From assembly GCA_963514005.1 (NCBI GenBank), contig OY740803.1:29698001-29762000 (forward strand): 64,000 nucleotides of DNA, read 5' to 3'. This DNA comes from Raja brachyura. Lineage: Eukaryota. The notes under the pieces are model-generated. The model was not told where the DNA came from, did not search any database, and saw nothing but the letters and a program-made list of their open reading frames with translations. How positions within the stretch are numbered: position 1 is the first letter of the stretch; each line of letters begins with the position of its first letter. Both the position numbers and the translations under genes were made by a program. This document shows, in pieces, positions 39,380 through 52,712 of the stretch.

Positions 39380-41436
39380 TTAGGAAGACCTTCACCAATA
39401 TTTACTCTCAGCGGATTTCATCCAAAGAGAGTGAATGATCTTCTTCTATTCGATACCATGAAGGAGTCAGGAGCAGATCAACACATGCATGAGAGTATCA
39501 CTACCTGCAAGGTCCCTGTTGAATCTTTACACCCTCATCTTAAAATCTGCCTTTTAGTTTTCGACTCTTCCACCCTGAGGAAGTGTCTGTGGCTATTCAT
39601 CTTATATATGCATTATTTTCAATACTTCCTTTATGCCACCTCTCAGTCTCCTACACTCCAGGAGAAAAAAAGACGCAGTCTATTTATCCTTTCCTTACAG
39701 CTCGATCCTTTCAGATCCAGCAACGTCCCTGTAAATCCTTTTTGCACCCTTTCCAGTTTGCGCCAGGTATATGTGGCAACATCATGGATAGGCAAACCAA
39801 GCATACCCAGTCTCTGAAACAGCCATCGCTGGTCAGTATGTCCATGTTCAGGAAGCTTCCTATTTCTTCCTAATGAAGCTGACTTAGTTTTAGGCTTCCG
39901 TGCATTAATTTGATATTTTGGTGTTTCCTCCTTTTACAAACCTCAACAATGTGATTTGGGGTTTCCAAGCTGTTTGTCTTTTGGCCTATATTGTGCATTT
40001 ACGTATTTCTGGAAGAAGTGGAGGTACAAGGAGGGATCAGAATAAACCAGAATACCCCCTACAACGTCCCCCTTTCCTTAAGTACTTTGGTTGGTGTCCT
40101 TTCCATTTGCAGAGGTCCTAGAAATGATTATTAATCATTGACATGCAGACTCAGATATGATTGCCAATCACAAGATGATTGTTTTGCTTGCAGAAAGTGC
40201 TTTTTCACAAATAACATAACACCATCTATAAGATGCAGAAAGACGTGTCACATCAGTATAGAAACCAAGCATGTGATGAGTTGAAGAAAGACTCCGCTTC
40301 GTTAGGCTCCCACCTAACCAAAAAGAAAAACAAATGCAACAAAAATATGCTAAAAGCACATCATTAAATACTCATCCTCCTCAGCTGCCATTATGAAACA
40401 AGAGTATTTTGAAAGTAAATTAAAACCAAGAGACTTGTATGTGTAAATCACAGTGTGGGATGTTCTGTAAAAGTAACAATTTGGAAATAACGCAAATTAA
40501 TGGAAATGCTTCCACAGGAAAGCTTTATTGCGTCAAGAGATGCTTGATATTAAATTTGGATTATATAGTTCAACTGTTTCAGCAGAGCTATTTTCATGTC
40601 ATTTTGATTTGGAGTAAGGTTTCTTAACATTTTAAAACATGTTTGAAATGTCATTATGTTTACAATTGCCTTGGGATTACATCCCATAGCTGTTATTGCT
40701 GTTTTATTGTGCAGCATCTATGTGCAAAACAAAATGTTTTGCTTAAATATTGCGATTGTGAGTCAATTTAAAATCCATTCAACAAAAAAATAAATAGTTT
40801 TATTCTGGTCACTGACATTTCATTAAATTACTGTATTAAATCTCTCCTTCCAGTCATATAATATGTATGGCCAAAATTTAGGGACACAAACATATATTCA
40901 ACTATGCACATTTGCTCGCTCGCTCGCTCGCTCACATATATTTTCATGCAAAAACACATATCTCCACAAACTTGCCTAAGAATCACATACTCAGAAACAG
41001 ATGTAAATAAACACATACGCAAAATGGTATGTGTGAGTTAAACAAGGAAGTTAATGAATACACTTCTATTCTCCTTCAAAAGGCAACAGCTTTTGTCAGC
41101 TCTTCAAATGGATTGATTCTCAGTCAAAGGGACCATGTGAAAAGCCCTTGAGACTCATGAACCCAATCTGAATTCCACATATGCAAGTGACACTTCCCTT
41201 TAACTTCTGAAGGTTTTAGGCTGAGAACTTGGATTTCACCCACTTTCCATGTGTGAAGTGGATACTGTTATGCTGTAGTCCATAAAAAGTGTTTGTTTAA
41301 TTAGCTAAGTTTGAACATCCTTGCTTTAAAAACTTGCAAATATATAAGCATCATCTGCTTTACCCATCAATAAATATGGTCCTGTCCCCATTGCATGATC
41401 AGAGGAAGATTATTAATTGTATCAATGCTGGTCTTG

Positions 41437-42071
41437 TATAGGAGAGAACTGCAGATGCTGGTTTAAACCGAAGATAGACACAAAATGCTGGAGTAACTCA
41501 GCGGAACAGGCAGCATCTCTGGAGAGAAGGAAGGGGTGACGTTTCAGGTCTTGAAACAGTTGGAGCAACAGTTGCCCAATTATTAATCTTTTAGTTACTC
41601 AAAGTCTAACAAATGACAGCTTGTGTCTTTGAGCTGAAAAATCTCCATCCTTAATAACAGGAAATAGATAAAGGAAATCACTTTGACAGATTAGCTGATA
41701 AATAAATGCATAGCAGTTGCAATCAAATCCTTACAATTGCCAGAGAGCCTTCTGTTCCTGTGATTGCTACTGATGGAAACAGATATAAAAGTGATTATGT
41801 ATCCCCCTGATATCTTCACAGTCTGCCACAAAGAGAAATCTAATCTGTACAAACTGGTGAGTTGAACTGTATCCAGAACAGTATTGGCAGCAGAAACCAC
41901 TGTCACTTCAGTGTTGCATTGGATTTGTCAAAGCTCAGGTGTGATAAGATTAGAGTAAAGGAAGAAAGGAATTAGAACTGAAGAAGGATCTTGACCCGAA
42001 ACTTCATCCATTCCTTCTCTCCAGAGATGCTGCCTGTCCCGCTGAGGTACTCCAGCATTTTGTGTCTATCG
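41437..42071 (+). mobile_element. Composite Penelope-like insertion carrying ~400 bp of transduced genomic DNA
   Basis: Inverted repeat copy (41437-41552), unique segment (41560-41975), direct copy (41976-42070); 15-bp TSD tcaatgct(g/a)gtcttg at 41422 and 42072. Confidence 0.8.
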
Positions 42072-44301
42072 TCAATGCTAGTCTTGACCTTTCACCTTGA
42101 GGGACTGCTGCATCAAGTAGAAAACCAATTCACCAGTCTCACTGACCTGGAGTTTACTTCCTCCAATCAACCCGAGTGTGAGCAAAGATTGAAGGGAATT
42201 ATTTCAGCCCAATTGAATTTGATTAGAACTTCTTTTCTGTCAACCCATAACTTTTTTGTCTCCTCCTCAAACTCACATCCGTCAGAGTGACTGAAATATC
42301 CCTGGGATTGAATCACATGATGTCCCACCATATTCCTTACTATATAGTCAGTGCCACTAAACCAGAGGATGGGTGGGAAATATAACAGGAGGCTCGTTGA
42401 CAATAAACGAAACTGAACTGATTTGATATTGCCTGCCTTTGCCACTCACCACCATTAATTGAGGATGTGGCTCGAAAAGCATTGAAAGCATTAATAATGC
42501 ATTATTCTGCTGCTGACATCCTGATACTGATCATCAGAAATAGAAGCAGCAGCAGGACATTCCACACCTGGTGATTGTTTCACCATTCGGTAAAATAATG
42601 GCTGATTTTTTACCTCAGCTACTTTCCTGAACTAACCCTAAATCCTGTGTTTTCCTTGATAAATAAAAAAACTATCAATCTCTGTCATGAATAATCTCTG
42701 CAACTGAGCCTCCACAGCTCCAATTCACTCTGTTTTAAGATTTTCTTCTTGTCTCTGTCCCTTATTTTGAGGCCATAGGTTCTGGATACGCCATGCAAAG
42801 AAAAAATCAACTCCGTGTCAAGCCCTGTACTAATTCTGTATGTATTAATGAGATACACTCTTCATTGTTGGGTTTTTCTAAACTCGGGCCCACAGGCCCA
42901 AGCATCTCAATTTTTCCTCATACAATAAACCTACCAATTATGGAATTAATCTGGTGAACTTTTTCTACAGTATCTCTTTTGCAAGCATATCCTTATGATT
43001 AAAGCCCATTACCAGGGTAGGGGTGGTGAGATGCACTCTACGTCTTCTTCTGCAACATCTGGCAATTTCTTGCAAAAGAAGCACCTAGAAATTAAAAAGT
43101 TTGGTTGTAAGCTAAATTAATTATGTGTACGGAATAGGTGAGAATTAGTAGAAGGACCATTTGGGTATGAGTGAACCCTTTGTCCCAATCTGAGGAACAC
43201 AGTATAATCAGCAGCACTTTATTTCTTTCTACCTTGAAGCAGGAGCATGGTGGGTTCCTGTCTCAGTGGTTTTCACACTATAGTTAATGATTTTGGTTAG
43301 CATGGAATTTAGTTTCTCTTTACCTTCCTGCCAATTGCAAGGAAACATTGCAACAGCCAGTAGAAACTTGGTCAGAGCTTTGTGCACTCTCTGGGAAATT
43401 ACTTTTGTCAAGACTGTAATCAGGAGCCACCAAGGTGAATTTACATCTCTTCCTAGTCCCCTTTTGAGTAGGCTTTCCTAGGGCTACATCATGGAGATTG
43501 CTGAAGCTTACCTTTAAATCAGTTGTTTCTCTCCCAACAGAAATTGAGTTGAACTTGTTTCAATGTCATACATAAAGATATCAAGCTTTTAGTATGGTGA
43601 GAATTTATAGAGGGAAAACTGAGGATTGCACTCATTCTCCTGTTTGGGTTTTGGTTAGTGAATGGGATTGAAATGAGAGTGAGATTTGTTCACTGACATT
43701 TTGGAGTAATTCTTAGTTTTAGTGTTAGGATTTATTTCAGTTAGTTTAGTTGACTTTAGTTTATTATTGTCACGCGTACTGAGGCACAATGAAAAGCTTG
43801 TGTTTGCATGCTATCCAGTCAAGGAAATTACTTTACATTAATGCAATCAATCTATCCGCAGTGAACAGATTCATTTGCAGGGTGTGGAGACCTCAGGAAA
43901 TATAGTTATGTTTTGTCCAAACGCCCCAATTACTCCTGAACAACTGAGGTAGGAAAGAGTCAGTTGCACTAGTGGGTATGGTGTCACAGATAGCCAGACT
44001 GGGTAAACATGACTTAAGCAAACCAGGTTTGTGTTTTATAATACAATCCTGTAGTTTCATGATCACCATTACACACACAATTGATTTATTTCATTTAGAT
44101 TTATTTTATTAATTGAATTTAAATTTCCCAACTGCCATGGTGGGATTCAAACTCTTGACTCAAGATCAGTGGTCTAGAATTCTGGCTGCTGATTAATAAC
44201 TTAATAACTTTTATGAAAGTTTAATATTTATCATTGAGCATTAAATTCATTTTATTTATCAACCAGTTCTCCACTACATTACTGGTGGTTATTTAATATT
44301 A

Positions 44302-44607
44302 TTAGTTTAGTTTAGATCCAGCACGGAAACAGGCCCTTCAGCTCACTGAGTCCGCACCGAGCAGCGATCCCCGAACGTTAACACTATTCTACACACACAC
44401 AAGGAACAATTTTACATTATCCCAAGCGCATTGACCTAGAAACCTGTACGTCTTTGGAGTGTGTGAGGAAACCAAAGATCGTGGAGAAAACCCACACAAT
44501 TACAGGGAGAACGTACAAACTCCGTAGAGACAGCACCTATAGTCGGGATCGAACCCGGGTATCCGACGCTATAAGCGCTGTAAGGCAGCAACTCTACCGC
44601 TGAGCCA
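44302..44607 (-). mobile_element. HE1-like SINE
   Basis: Reverse complement of the same family, with B box and (AAACT)n tail. Confidence 0.9.
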
Positions 44608-46970
44608 TTCTACATATCAAGCACTAGATTCATTTAGCTGGACTATTCATCTAACTCCTGTCTAGCCGAAGTTATTATATAAACTGTACACATCAATTAA
44701 TTCTGGACATCTACCTATAAACCATCCGAACTCCTTGATTAAATTCCATCTGGCTTTATGTTTGCCAAATAATATGAGGCCTTTGGTCTTGAAATGTTTT
44801 GTCAGGCAGTAGTTTCTGATGAGGCAGAGCATGTAAAATTGTCACGCAGGGATACATCAATTGACCTATGAATCCTGTCAGGTGGTCACAGTTTTGGGGG
44901 CATCATAAAGCAAGGTTTTCCCTTCTCCAAGCACAGGTAATTTCAAGGAAGAAACAAAAAAAATCTTGCTTGCAGCAGTACCACAGATATGCAGACTAAC
45001 ACAAATGCCCAAAAAAGGGGAAACAGGGTCATTATGAAGAACATAAAGCTGTAAACTTGCTTCTACAACTCTTCACTACATGTGGCTCCCTTTCAACTCC
45101 AGAATAAGTGGTAATCCCCTCCATATTTTCAGAGCCAGAAGGATTGACAAATATGACATCATCATATCTTAAAACTTATTTTAAGAGAAAATATGATCTG
45201 TACAGGAAATGTAATTATTATTGTTTTATATTTCCTACTAAGGCAATGCAGATATAGATGTAACAATCATTCATGAAGGGCCTTTGGTTTATTTTAGCCA
45301 CATAACTTGAATATCGCAGATTATGTGGGGAGAGTGTTGAGAATGGGGACAAGTACAAGGGATATATTTCCCCTGGGTTAAATGCATGTCAAGTCTGCTG
45401 TTTTGGACAACAGAAGATTGCATCAGCTTCAAAATGGCATCAAGAGAAAGTGGCTTTCAAAAAAATCAATGCAAGGAACGGATAATGTGAAGGATCACAG
45501 ATTTTTATTGAGGTTGACAGGTACTATGTTTTATTTCTTCCTTTCAGGGAAATTTGTGAAAAGCAGAGAGCCAATTAATTCCCTGGTAAATCCCTGTTCA
45601 GACAAGTATGAGCTCAAAGACTGGATTGCACAAGTTTGACGTGGGATTAGTGATGTCTTTGGTCATTCTTCACCGCAAGGTCATCATTAAAGTTACAAAC
45701 AGAAAGAACCATTGAGCCCATTGAAACTCACTACTCAATATACATATGTGTCTCTGCATCTGGCTATTTATCATATGTTACTATAATGATGGCATCTTCA
45801 CTTCCTTGTGAATGGTTTATTACAGATAATTCTCACCCATTGAGAGAATCGTTTTATGTTACAAATATTTCCTTGAAAATATATCAGCCTTGGTTTTACA
45901 ATCCTGCCTTAAATGGGAATGCTTTGAAACAACTTTGATAATTCCATTGTTCTATATTTGATATAATTTAATGACTTCAACTCCCACCATTCTTATTACT
46001 ACACTGTAGAATTTGGCTCCTACAATTATTCCTTCTTGTCATTGTTAGATTTTCTTTGTTCAGTTTTCACTGTTATTTCTTTTTTAGCTATTATTGATGC
46101 CTATTGCTCTAGCCCAGACCTTGGAATGATTCCCAATGTCAACTGTTAATGGTATTTGGCCAATGGCTTCTATTAAATGAGATAAATCATCATTACATTA
46201 AATAAAGGTTTACCAAGTCTGCTTACTTCCATTTGGAAGTTCAGTAGTGTCCAATAACTTACAGTGAAAACTAATGCTCCATAAATTCCAAACCTAGTTT
46301 GCTTCAGAATCCTGGGATGCATGTCATCTGGCTCAGGTGATTTGTGACCATCTTCACATCCACAGTATTAAGTTCTTCTGTTGTTAATCATACAGGGTTT
46401 TGTGACATAAAATGACTTGTTTGAAATAACATGGAGAGTGATTAATGGTGTGTCTGTTGTGTCCGCGCCAAGCTGGGGACGATTTCAAGTTGAGTCAGAG
46501 TTTAGTAGTTACAATGGAATGGGAAGGGTAAAGAGCTATCAAGTGTTTACTGGAATATGGTAACAGTGAGATTTAGAGCCCAGGTACATCTCCTAACACC
46601 GTGTAAACACCATTTCTCTGAAATACAACACACTCCTATGAGCCCATAATTAATACCGACATGGACAGAAATCGCCTGTAACAAACTTATACAGACAGAG
46701 AGTTGCAATCCAAAAACAATACAAGTAGATAAAATGCTATCTATTTTAAAAATAGGTCAATTCGTAGTTTGTTTTGGCATTCTTTGGCTTGTGGACATTA
46801 CTTGCAAAGCCAGCATTTGCTGCCTGTCCCCAGGTCATGACTAATTAATGGCCATCTTCCAGCTTGAACAACAGCAGACCTGCTATTGTTATTGGTTTAT
46901 TATTGCCACGAGTACCAAGAAACTGAGAAAAACGTTGTTCAGTGCAATCCAGTCAAATCATGCTGTGCAG

Positions 46971-47294
46971 GGCTGCACAGTGGCGCAGCAGTAGATTTGT
47001 TGCCTTGCAGCACTTGCAGTGCCAGAGGTCCGGGTTCGATCCCGATTAAGGGTGCGGTCTGGTACGGAGTTTGTACGTTCTCCCCATGACCACGTGGGTT
47101 TTCTCTGAGATATTCGGTTTCATCACACACTCCCACAAAGACGTACAGGAATGTAGGTAAATTGGCTTAGTAAATGTAAAAATTATCCCTAGTGTGTGTA
47201 GGATATTGTCAATATGCGGGGATCGCTGGTCGGCTCGGACCCGACAGACCAAAGGACCTGTTTCCGCACTGTATCACTAAACTAAACTAAACTA
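46971..47294 (+). mobile_element. HE1-like SINE nested in a Rex-like 3' tail
   Basis: Head tggcgcagcagtaga, B box ggttcgatcc, V-domain, (actaa)n tail. Confidence 0.9.
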
Positions 47295-47620
47295 ATCAGG
47301 TCATACACAAGTATAATAGGTAGTACAAAGAGAAAAATGCCAGAGTGCAGAATACAATGTTACAGTGTTAGATCATTACTACATTACCAAAAAATAACAA
47401 GGCCATAAAGAGGTAGCTTGAGAGATTGGTACCATACTCTTAGCTTATGAGAGGTCCATCAGTGGTCTGATAACAGCGGGGAAAAAGCAGTTCCTGAATC
47501 TGGTTGCACGCTCTTTTTACCTTACAAGAGAGGGGAGAAGAGGGAATGACTGGATTGTGAATGATCTTCAATTACTTTTGGTGCTTTTCCAAGGCAACGT
47601 GAAGTGTAGATGGGGTCGAT

Positions 47621-47645
47621 GGGGGGGGGGGGGGGGGGGGGGGGG
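47621..47645. repeat. Poly-G tract (25 nt) in a Rex-like fragment
   Basis: Uninterrupted G run; further C runs at ~22571-22584 and ~31312-31329. Confidence 0.9.
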
Positions 47646-48644
47646 TGGTGGCTGGTTAGTGCGATGGAGTGGTTACAAGTTTTGGTGGACTTGGGCAGAG
47701 CTGTCGCCAAACCAAGTTATAATCCATCCCAACAGTTCAGGATCTCAGGGCAGTGCTGTGGTAGAAGTGTGATGGCATTTTTACCTACTGCATTGGCTGA
47801 TTTCTGCTATCATGCAACCTGAGAAGATATAATGTAAGACAGTATTTAGGTTGACAGGAAGAGATCTAGAAGATATCCTTCCCCAAAAGACCTTGGTGAG
47901 TCATTGTGGTGTAATGACAATCAGGCAACGTTAATGGTAATATTCAACGGATGCCAGTTTAGATTTATTAAACTCAGTTTATAAGTTTTTCATGGTGTGA
48001 AGATGACTCATGACCTCTGCATTCGGGTCATGTTACTCCCCTGTACCGGTCTTCCTATGAATGTCTGGGTCTGGACGTCTAAGCAGCTGGAGTAAGTGGC
48101 ACATGGATAAATTTGACCAAACCAAGTGGAATTGTGCAATGCCTGTTTACACTTGAATAACTGTACCATCTGCAAAAAACAAAATTCTGCAGATTCTGAA
48201 AGTCTGAAATAACAACAAAATATTATGGAAACATTCAATAGGTTAAGCAGCATCTGTGGAAAGAGAAACAGCTAATGTTTTCAGTCCAAGACAAAATGTT
48301 TCAAGACCTGACATTTTAACTCAGTTTCCCTCTGCACAGATGCCACCTGACCTGCTGAATATTTCCAGCATTTTCTAATCATGTTCATAATTGACTTTAA
48401 TGGTACAAAATGTTTGTCAGTGTGAAACTGCCGGCTGATCTGATACAGAATCAGTGTAACAAGAGGGCAGTGAAGCCCATGTAATTATAACCCACTTTGA
48501 ATTTATAAAGACAGGAAAATAAAGGGCAGAATCGGAATTTAATGACACAGCAATCAGAAATGTAAGCTCAAATAACTCAGCAAATTACACTGAGTGAGAC
48601 TGGACTTGGTCTACAAACTACTTTAGAGAATCTACGCGGCTGAG

Positions 48645-49205
48645 TATAGTCATAGAGTCACAGAGTGATACAGTGTGGAAACAGGCCCTTCAGCCCACAC
48701 CAGCCAACATGTCCCAGCTACACTAGTCCCATCTGCCTGCGCTTGGTTCATATCCTTCAAAACCTGTCCTATCCATGGACCTGCCTAACTGTTTCTTAAA
48801 CGTTGGTTATTCCCAGCTTCAACTACCTGCTCTGGCATCTTGTTCCATACACCCACCACCCTTTGTGTGAAAAAGGTACCCCTCAGATTCCCCTTTTCTG
48901 GGCAAGCGACTCTGTCCATCTACCCGATCTATTCCTCTCATGATTTTATACACCTCTATAAGATCACCCCTCATCCTCCTGACCTCCCAACTTCTATACT
49001 TAATACTCTGACTGATGAAGGCTATTGTGCCAAAAGATTTTTTGACCACCTTATCTATCTGCAACTCGACCTTCAAGGAACCATGCACCTGTATCTCCTA
49101 GAGCCCTCTGCTCTAAAACACAACCCAGAGGCCTACCATTCACTGTGTAAGTCCTGCCCTTGTTAGACGTCCCAAAATGCATCACCTCACACTTATCTGT
49201 ATACA
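48645..49205 (-). mobile_element. CR1 LINE 3' fragment with internal deletions
   Basis: ORF 48819-49088 (DKVVKKSFG...RMRGDLIEVYKIMRGIDRVD); tail repeat catagagt near 48650. Confidence 0.85.
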
Positions 49206-49530
49206 GTAGCTGAAATTGTGCAAACTAGTCTTGAAGAGACCATCATGGTGGTGACTGCATTAAACTCGGAGCTGATCACTTTCACAGGGAAGGAACCCGA
49301 ATGTGGAAGATGCTGAAAATTAGGTCCCATCATGTCACAGAGGGAAATGTCTGCTCCATATAACAGAATTTTTAGCTGTAGGTCATTTCATTACATGCAT
49401 GCTTCCGGATCAGAAAAATTCCATTCAAAGCCAACCAGCTGAAGCTAGGCTGAAAGCCTGGTGTTATCCTGAGGGAATGCTGCAGGTCGAGATGCCTTCA
49501 TTCTGACAAAGAGTAGGGCAGTTTATTCCC

Positions 49531-49622
49531 GGTGTCTGCGTGTTTTTGCCTGTGTGTCTGTGTGTCTGCGTGTGTCTGTCTGCGTGTGTCCGTGTGTGTC
49601 TGTTTGTGTCTGTCTGTGTGTG
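49531..49622. repeat. Imperfect (GT)/(GTCT) microsatellite
   Basis: Directly visible tgtgtctg repeats; poly-C run nearby at ~49785-49820. Confidence 0.9.
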
Positions 49623-50159
49623 GGGGGGAGGTGAAGAGGGGATGGGGGGGAGAAAGCTGGGAGAGGTTCCAAAGCCTGGAAGCTAATAGGCGGAAAGCGG
49701 TTTTTGATAGCCAGATGATTAGACAAAAGGTCAGATTTGAAGCCTCACATCTTCTATCTTTTCATCTCTGTTCTCCCATATAGCTCCCCCCACCCCCCCC
49801 CCCCCCCCCCCCACCCCCCCAATCAGTCTGACGAAGTGTCCAAACCCAATACGTCACCTATCCATGTTCTCCAGAGATGCTGTCTGACCCGCTGAGTTAC
49901 TCTGTCACTTCTATGACTAATTTTGTAAATTAGCTGTAAATCTGCAGTTCCTTATTTCCATTTTATTCCTGGTGTCCCGTTCAGTGTTTATCCCTCAACC
50001 AACACAGATAAATAGCTTTTTTTTTCCCTTGTGTTTGTGGGATTAGCCTTATGCAAATCGGCCACCATGTTTACCACCAGGTTGGCCATACTTCAAACTG
50101 ACCACTAATTAAGTCCTCTGGGACATCCTGAAGTTAGGAAACGGATGATATAAATCTAA

Positions 50160-50669
50160 GATGGACACAAAATGCTGGAGTACCTCAGCGGGACAGGCAG
50201 CATCTCTGGAGAGAAGGAATGGGTGACGTTTCGGGTCGAGACCCTTCTTCAGATCGAATTCCTTTCTCCCTTTACAATCTTATCACACCTGAGCTTTGAC
50301 AAAGCCAATGCAACACTGAAGTGACTGTGGTTTCTGCTGCCAATACTGTTCTGGGTACAGTTCAACTCACCAGTTTGTACAGATTAGCTTTCTCTTTGTG
50401 GCAAACTGTGATGATATCATGAGTAATCATAATCATTTTTATATCTGCTCCTGTCAGTAGCAGTCACGGGAACAGAAGGCTCTCTGGCAATTGTAAGGAT
50501 TTGATTGCAACTGCTATGAATTTATTTATCAGCTAATCTATCAAAAGGATTTCCTTTATCTATTTCCTGCTATTAAGGATAGAGATTTTTCAGCTCAAAG
50601 ACACAAGCTGTAATTCATTAGACTTTGAAAGTAACTAAAAGATTAATAATTGGACAACCGTTAATCCAA
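50160..50669 (-). repeat. Inverted copy (probable donor) of 41560-42070
   Basis: The reverse complement aligns continuously with 41560-42070, with long identical blocks such as acagttcaactcaccagtttgtacagattag, and shares the gagtacctcagc variant of the repeat. Confidence 0.92.
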
Positions 50670-50901
50670 AGCTGGACTTTTTGTAAGCCATTGGCTAGTG
50701 CTCCAATATCCTTTTCCTGCAGAACATTCAGGGGAATATTTAACATGCCTCTCCTGCTAGCCAGGAACCCTAAACTCTGGGAGTAAAGGAAGGTACAATT
50801 ATGTTTAAAATATATTTTGACAGATACATGGGTAGAAAAAGTTTAGAGGGATATGGGCGAAATGCAGGACTAACTTGGACAGACCTGGATGATTGCTCTA
50901 A

Positions 50902-50997
50902 GGGTGGCATGGTGGCACAGGATAGAGTCGCAGCCTTACAGCGCTTGCAGCGCCGGAGACCCGGGTTCGATCCCGACTACGGGTGCTGTCTGTACTT
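50902..50997 (+). mobile_element. 3'-truncated HE1-like SINE head
   Basis: ggtggcacaggatagagt...cccgggttcgatcccgactacgggtgctgtctgtac, then an abrupt end. Confidence 0.8.
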
Positions 50998-52689
50998 AGT
51001 TTGCATCAAGTAGCCTTTGGGATACGGATTAGCCTAAAAAAGCCTCACTGTTCCTGAAAGAGTTTTACTACATCCCAGAAGCATTTCTGGATATTATTAC
51101 GAAAAGACCTCTTTGGAACAACTGATTCCTCACATTAAATGGGGACAGTGTGTACATGACGCAGGTTCTGCCCACTTATAGCCACACACCAGTAATCAGA
51201 GAGCCAGTTTCGGCTCCTCCAGCACCTCTTCTCACCCTCCTTTTTTTGCATTACTGTACGATCCTAACCTTTTAATACACTCCATTTATTCCTTCATTGC
51301 ACCTTATAGTTTGAGTGCCACTGCCCTGTGGGCATTGTGGTGCTCATTTGTACATGTTCACAGTGAGCAATGTTGAACAGAAGCCATTATTTAGTTCACA
51401 CATTCCTTGGTGTGCAGTTCTGAATTGGCTATGGATTGCAAAAGCCAGGTCAGAGCAAAAAGTTGAGGAAAATCATAAAACGTTTATCTTGACTGAGCGG
51501 TATTGTAAACTTAGGCTGGTACTGCCATCATTTAAAAATAACTCTGGATAGTAAGGATAAAATCAGCTGTGGTGTCCACTTGGAAGTCAGGCCACATATG
51601 AATGACACAATTAGACAAGCTTAACTGGTTCTTTGCTCTCACAATTATATTCACAGAATAAAATCAAGACGTATGGGGAGACAGTGGGAAAGTAGGTTGG
51701 GACCAGAATTGATCAGCCATCATCTTACTGAGTTGCTGCACTAGCCTGTAACTGCTCCTGTTTCTTCTATTCTTCGTATCACCACTCACCACTGTGAACT
51801 TGTGGTGGATGACACTGGATTCCATTGTGAAAATGCCTCCAAAATATATGACTCACAGCATCTGGAACACAGTCAGCTGGTGCGTGGGAGCACAATTCCA
51901 GGAGCATTAGACCCTAACTTGGACAATTTCTTTATCATCATCAGGCCAGAATTATTTTCTGCTGACAATGTGTACAGTGCATCCATTGTCTGGGTTCATG
52001 TTGAACAGGGAGACCCAGTGCCATAGAGTAAAAAAGCACGGATACAGGCCATTTAGCCCACTAGGTTCATACCAATCCATATCAATCCCATTTTTCACCT
52101 CTTCGCAAATAGCCTTCAAGCCTAGGCATTTTAGGTGTTCATCTACATAGTTCCTAAACTCTGAAAATTCTGCTTCCTCCACTCTCTGGCAGCACTTTCC
52201 AGATACTCACAACTGTGTGAGGACGATCGGCCTCAAATCCACTCTAAATCTCTTACACTTTACAGTGAATCTCTGCCCTCTAATTTTATTGGCCTTTTAT
52301 ATGGGAGACATAATAATTGCACCAAAAGGATGCATCATATAAAATTATAAAGGAAAGTTCTCTTTGTGTGGTTATGTTAAGATTGTTGTTTTCTTTGTTG
52401 AAGCTCTAATTCATAGGCTTGAATGTGCAGGTTCTCAACAAAAAACAACAGAGGACTTTGCTGATCTACTTTAACTTGATCGTTCTGGGTTTCAATCAGA
52501 TTCATCCCCAGTCCAAATGATGGCACAGTTTCAGATAGAGGTGTTACACAGGCAGTCCCATCAGATCATTGCCACTGGGTTCAGCCCATCAGTGAATCAT
52601 TTCCCTCACCCTATATTTGTGCATCGCATGTCCTCCATTTGCTGCAGTTTCAATGTATGATAACTTACTATCGTGAAGGTATCTGGATG

Positions 52690-52712
52690 TTTCCTTAACT
52701 CCCCTCTTTTAC
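52690..52712 (+). promoter_or_regulatory. U12-type (minor spliceosome) branch point and AC 3' splice site
   Basis: TTTCCTTAAC (52690-52699) matches the U12 branch consensus and lies ~13 nt before AC (52711-52712), directly ahead of the exon; there is no AG at the junction. AT-AC introns are known in voltage-gated Ca/Na channel genes. Confidence 0.93.

Noticed and set aside
50706-50714. Perfect U12 donor-like ATATCCTTT ~2 kb upstream of the AC acceptor
   Set aside because: The preceding sequence does not encode the expected Cav3 peptide, and the same 9-mer occurs at 61616 in an unrelated place, consistent with chance.
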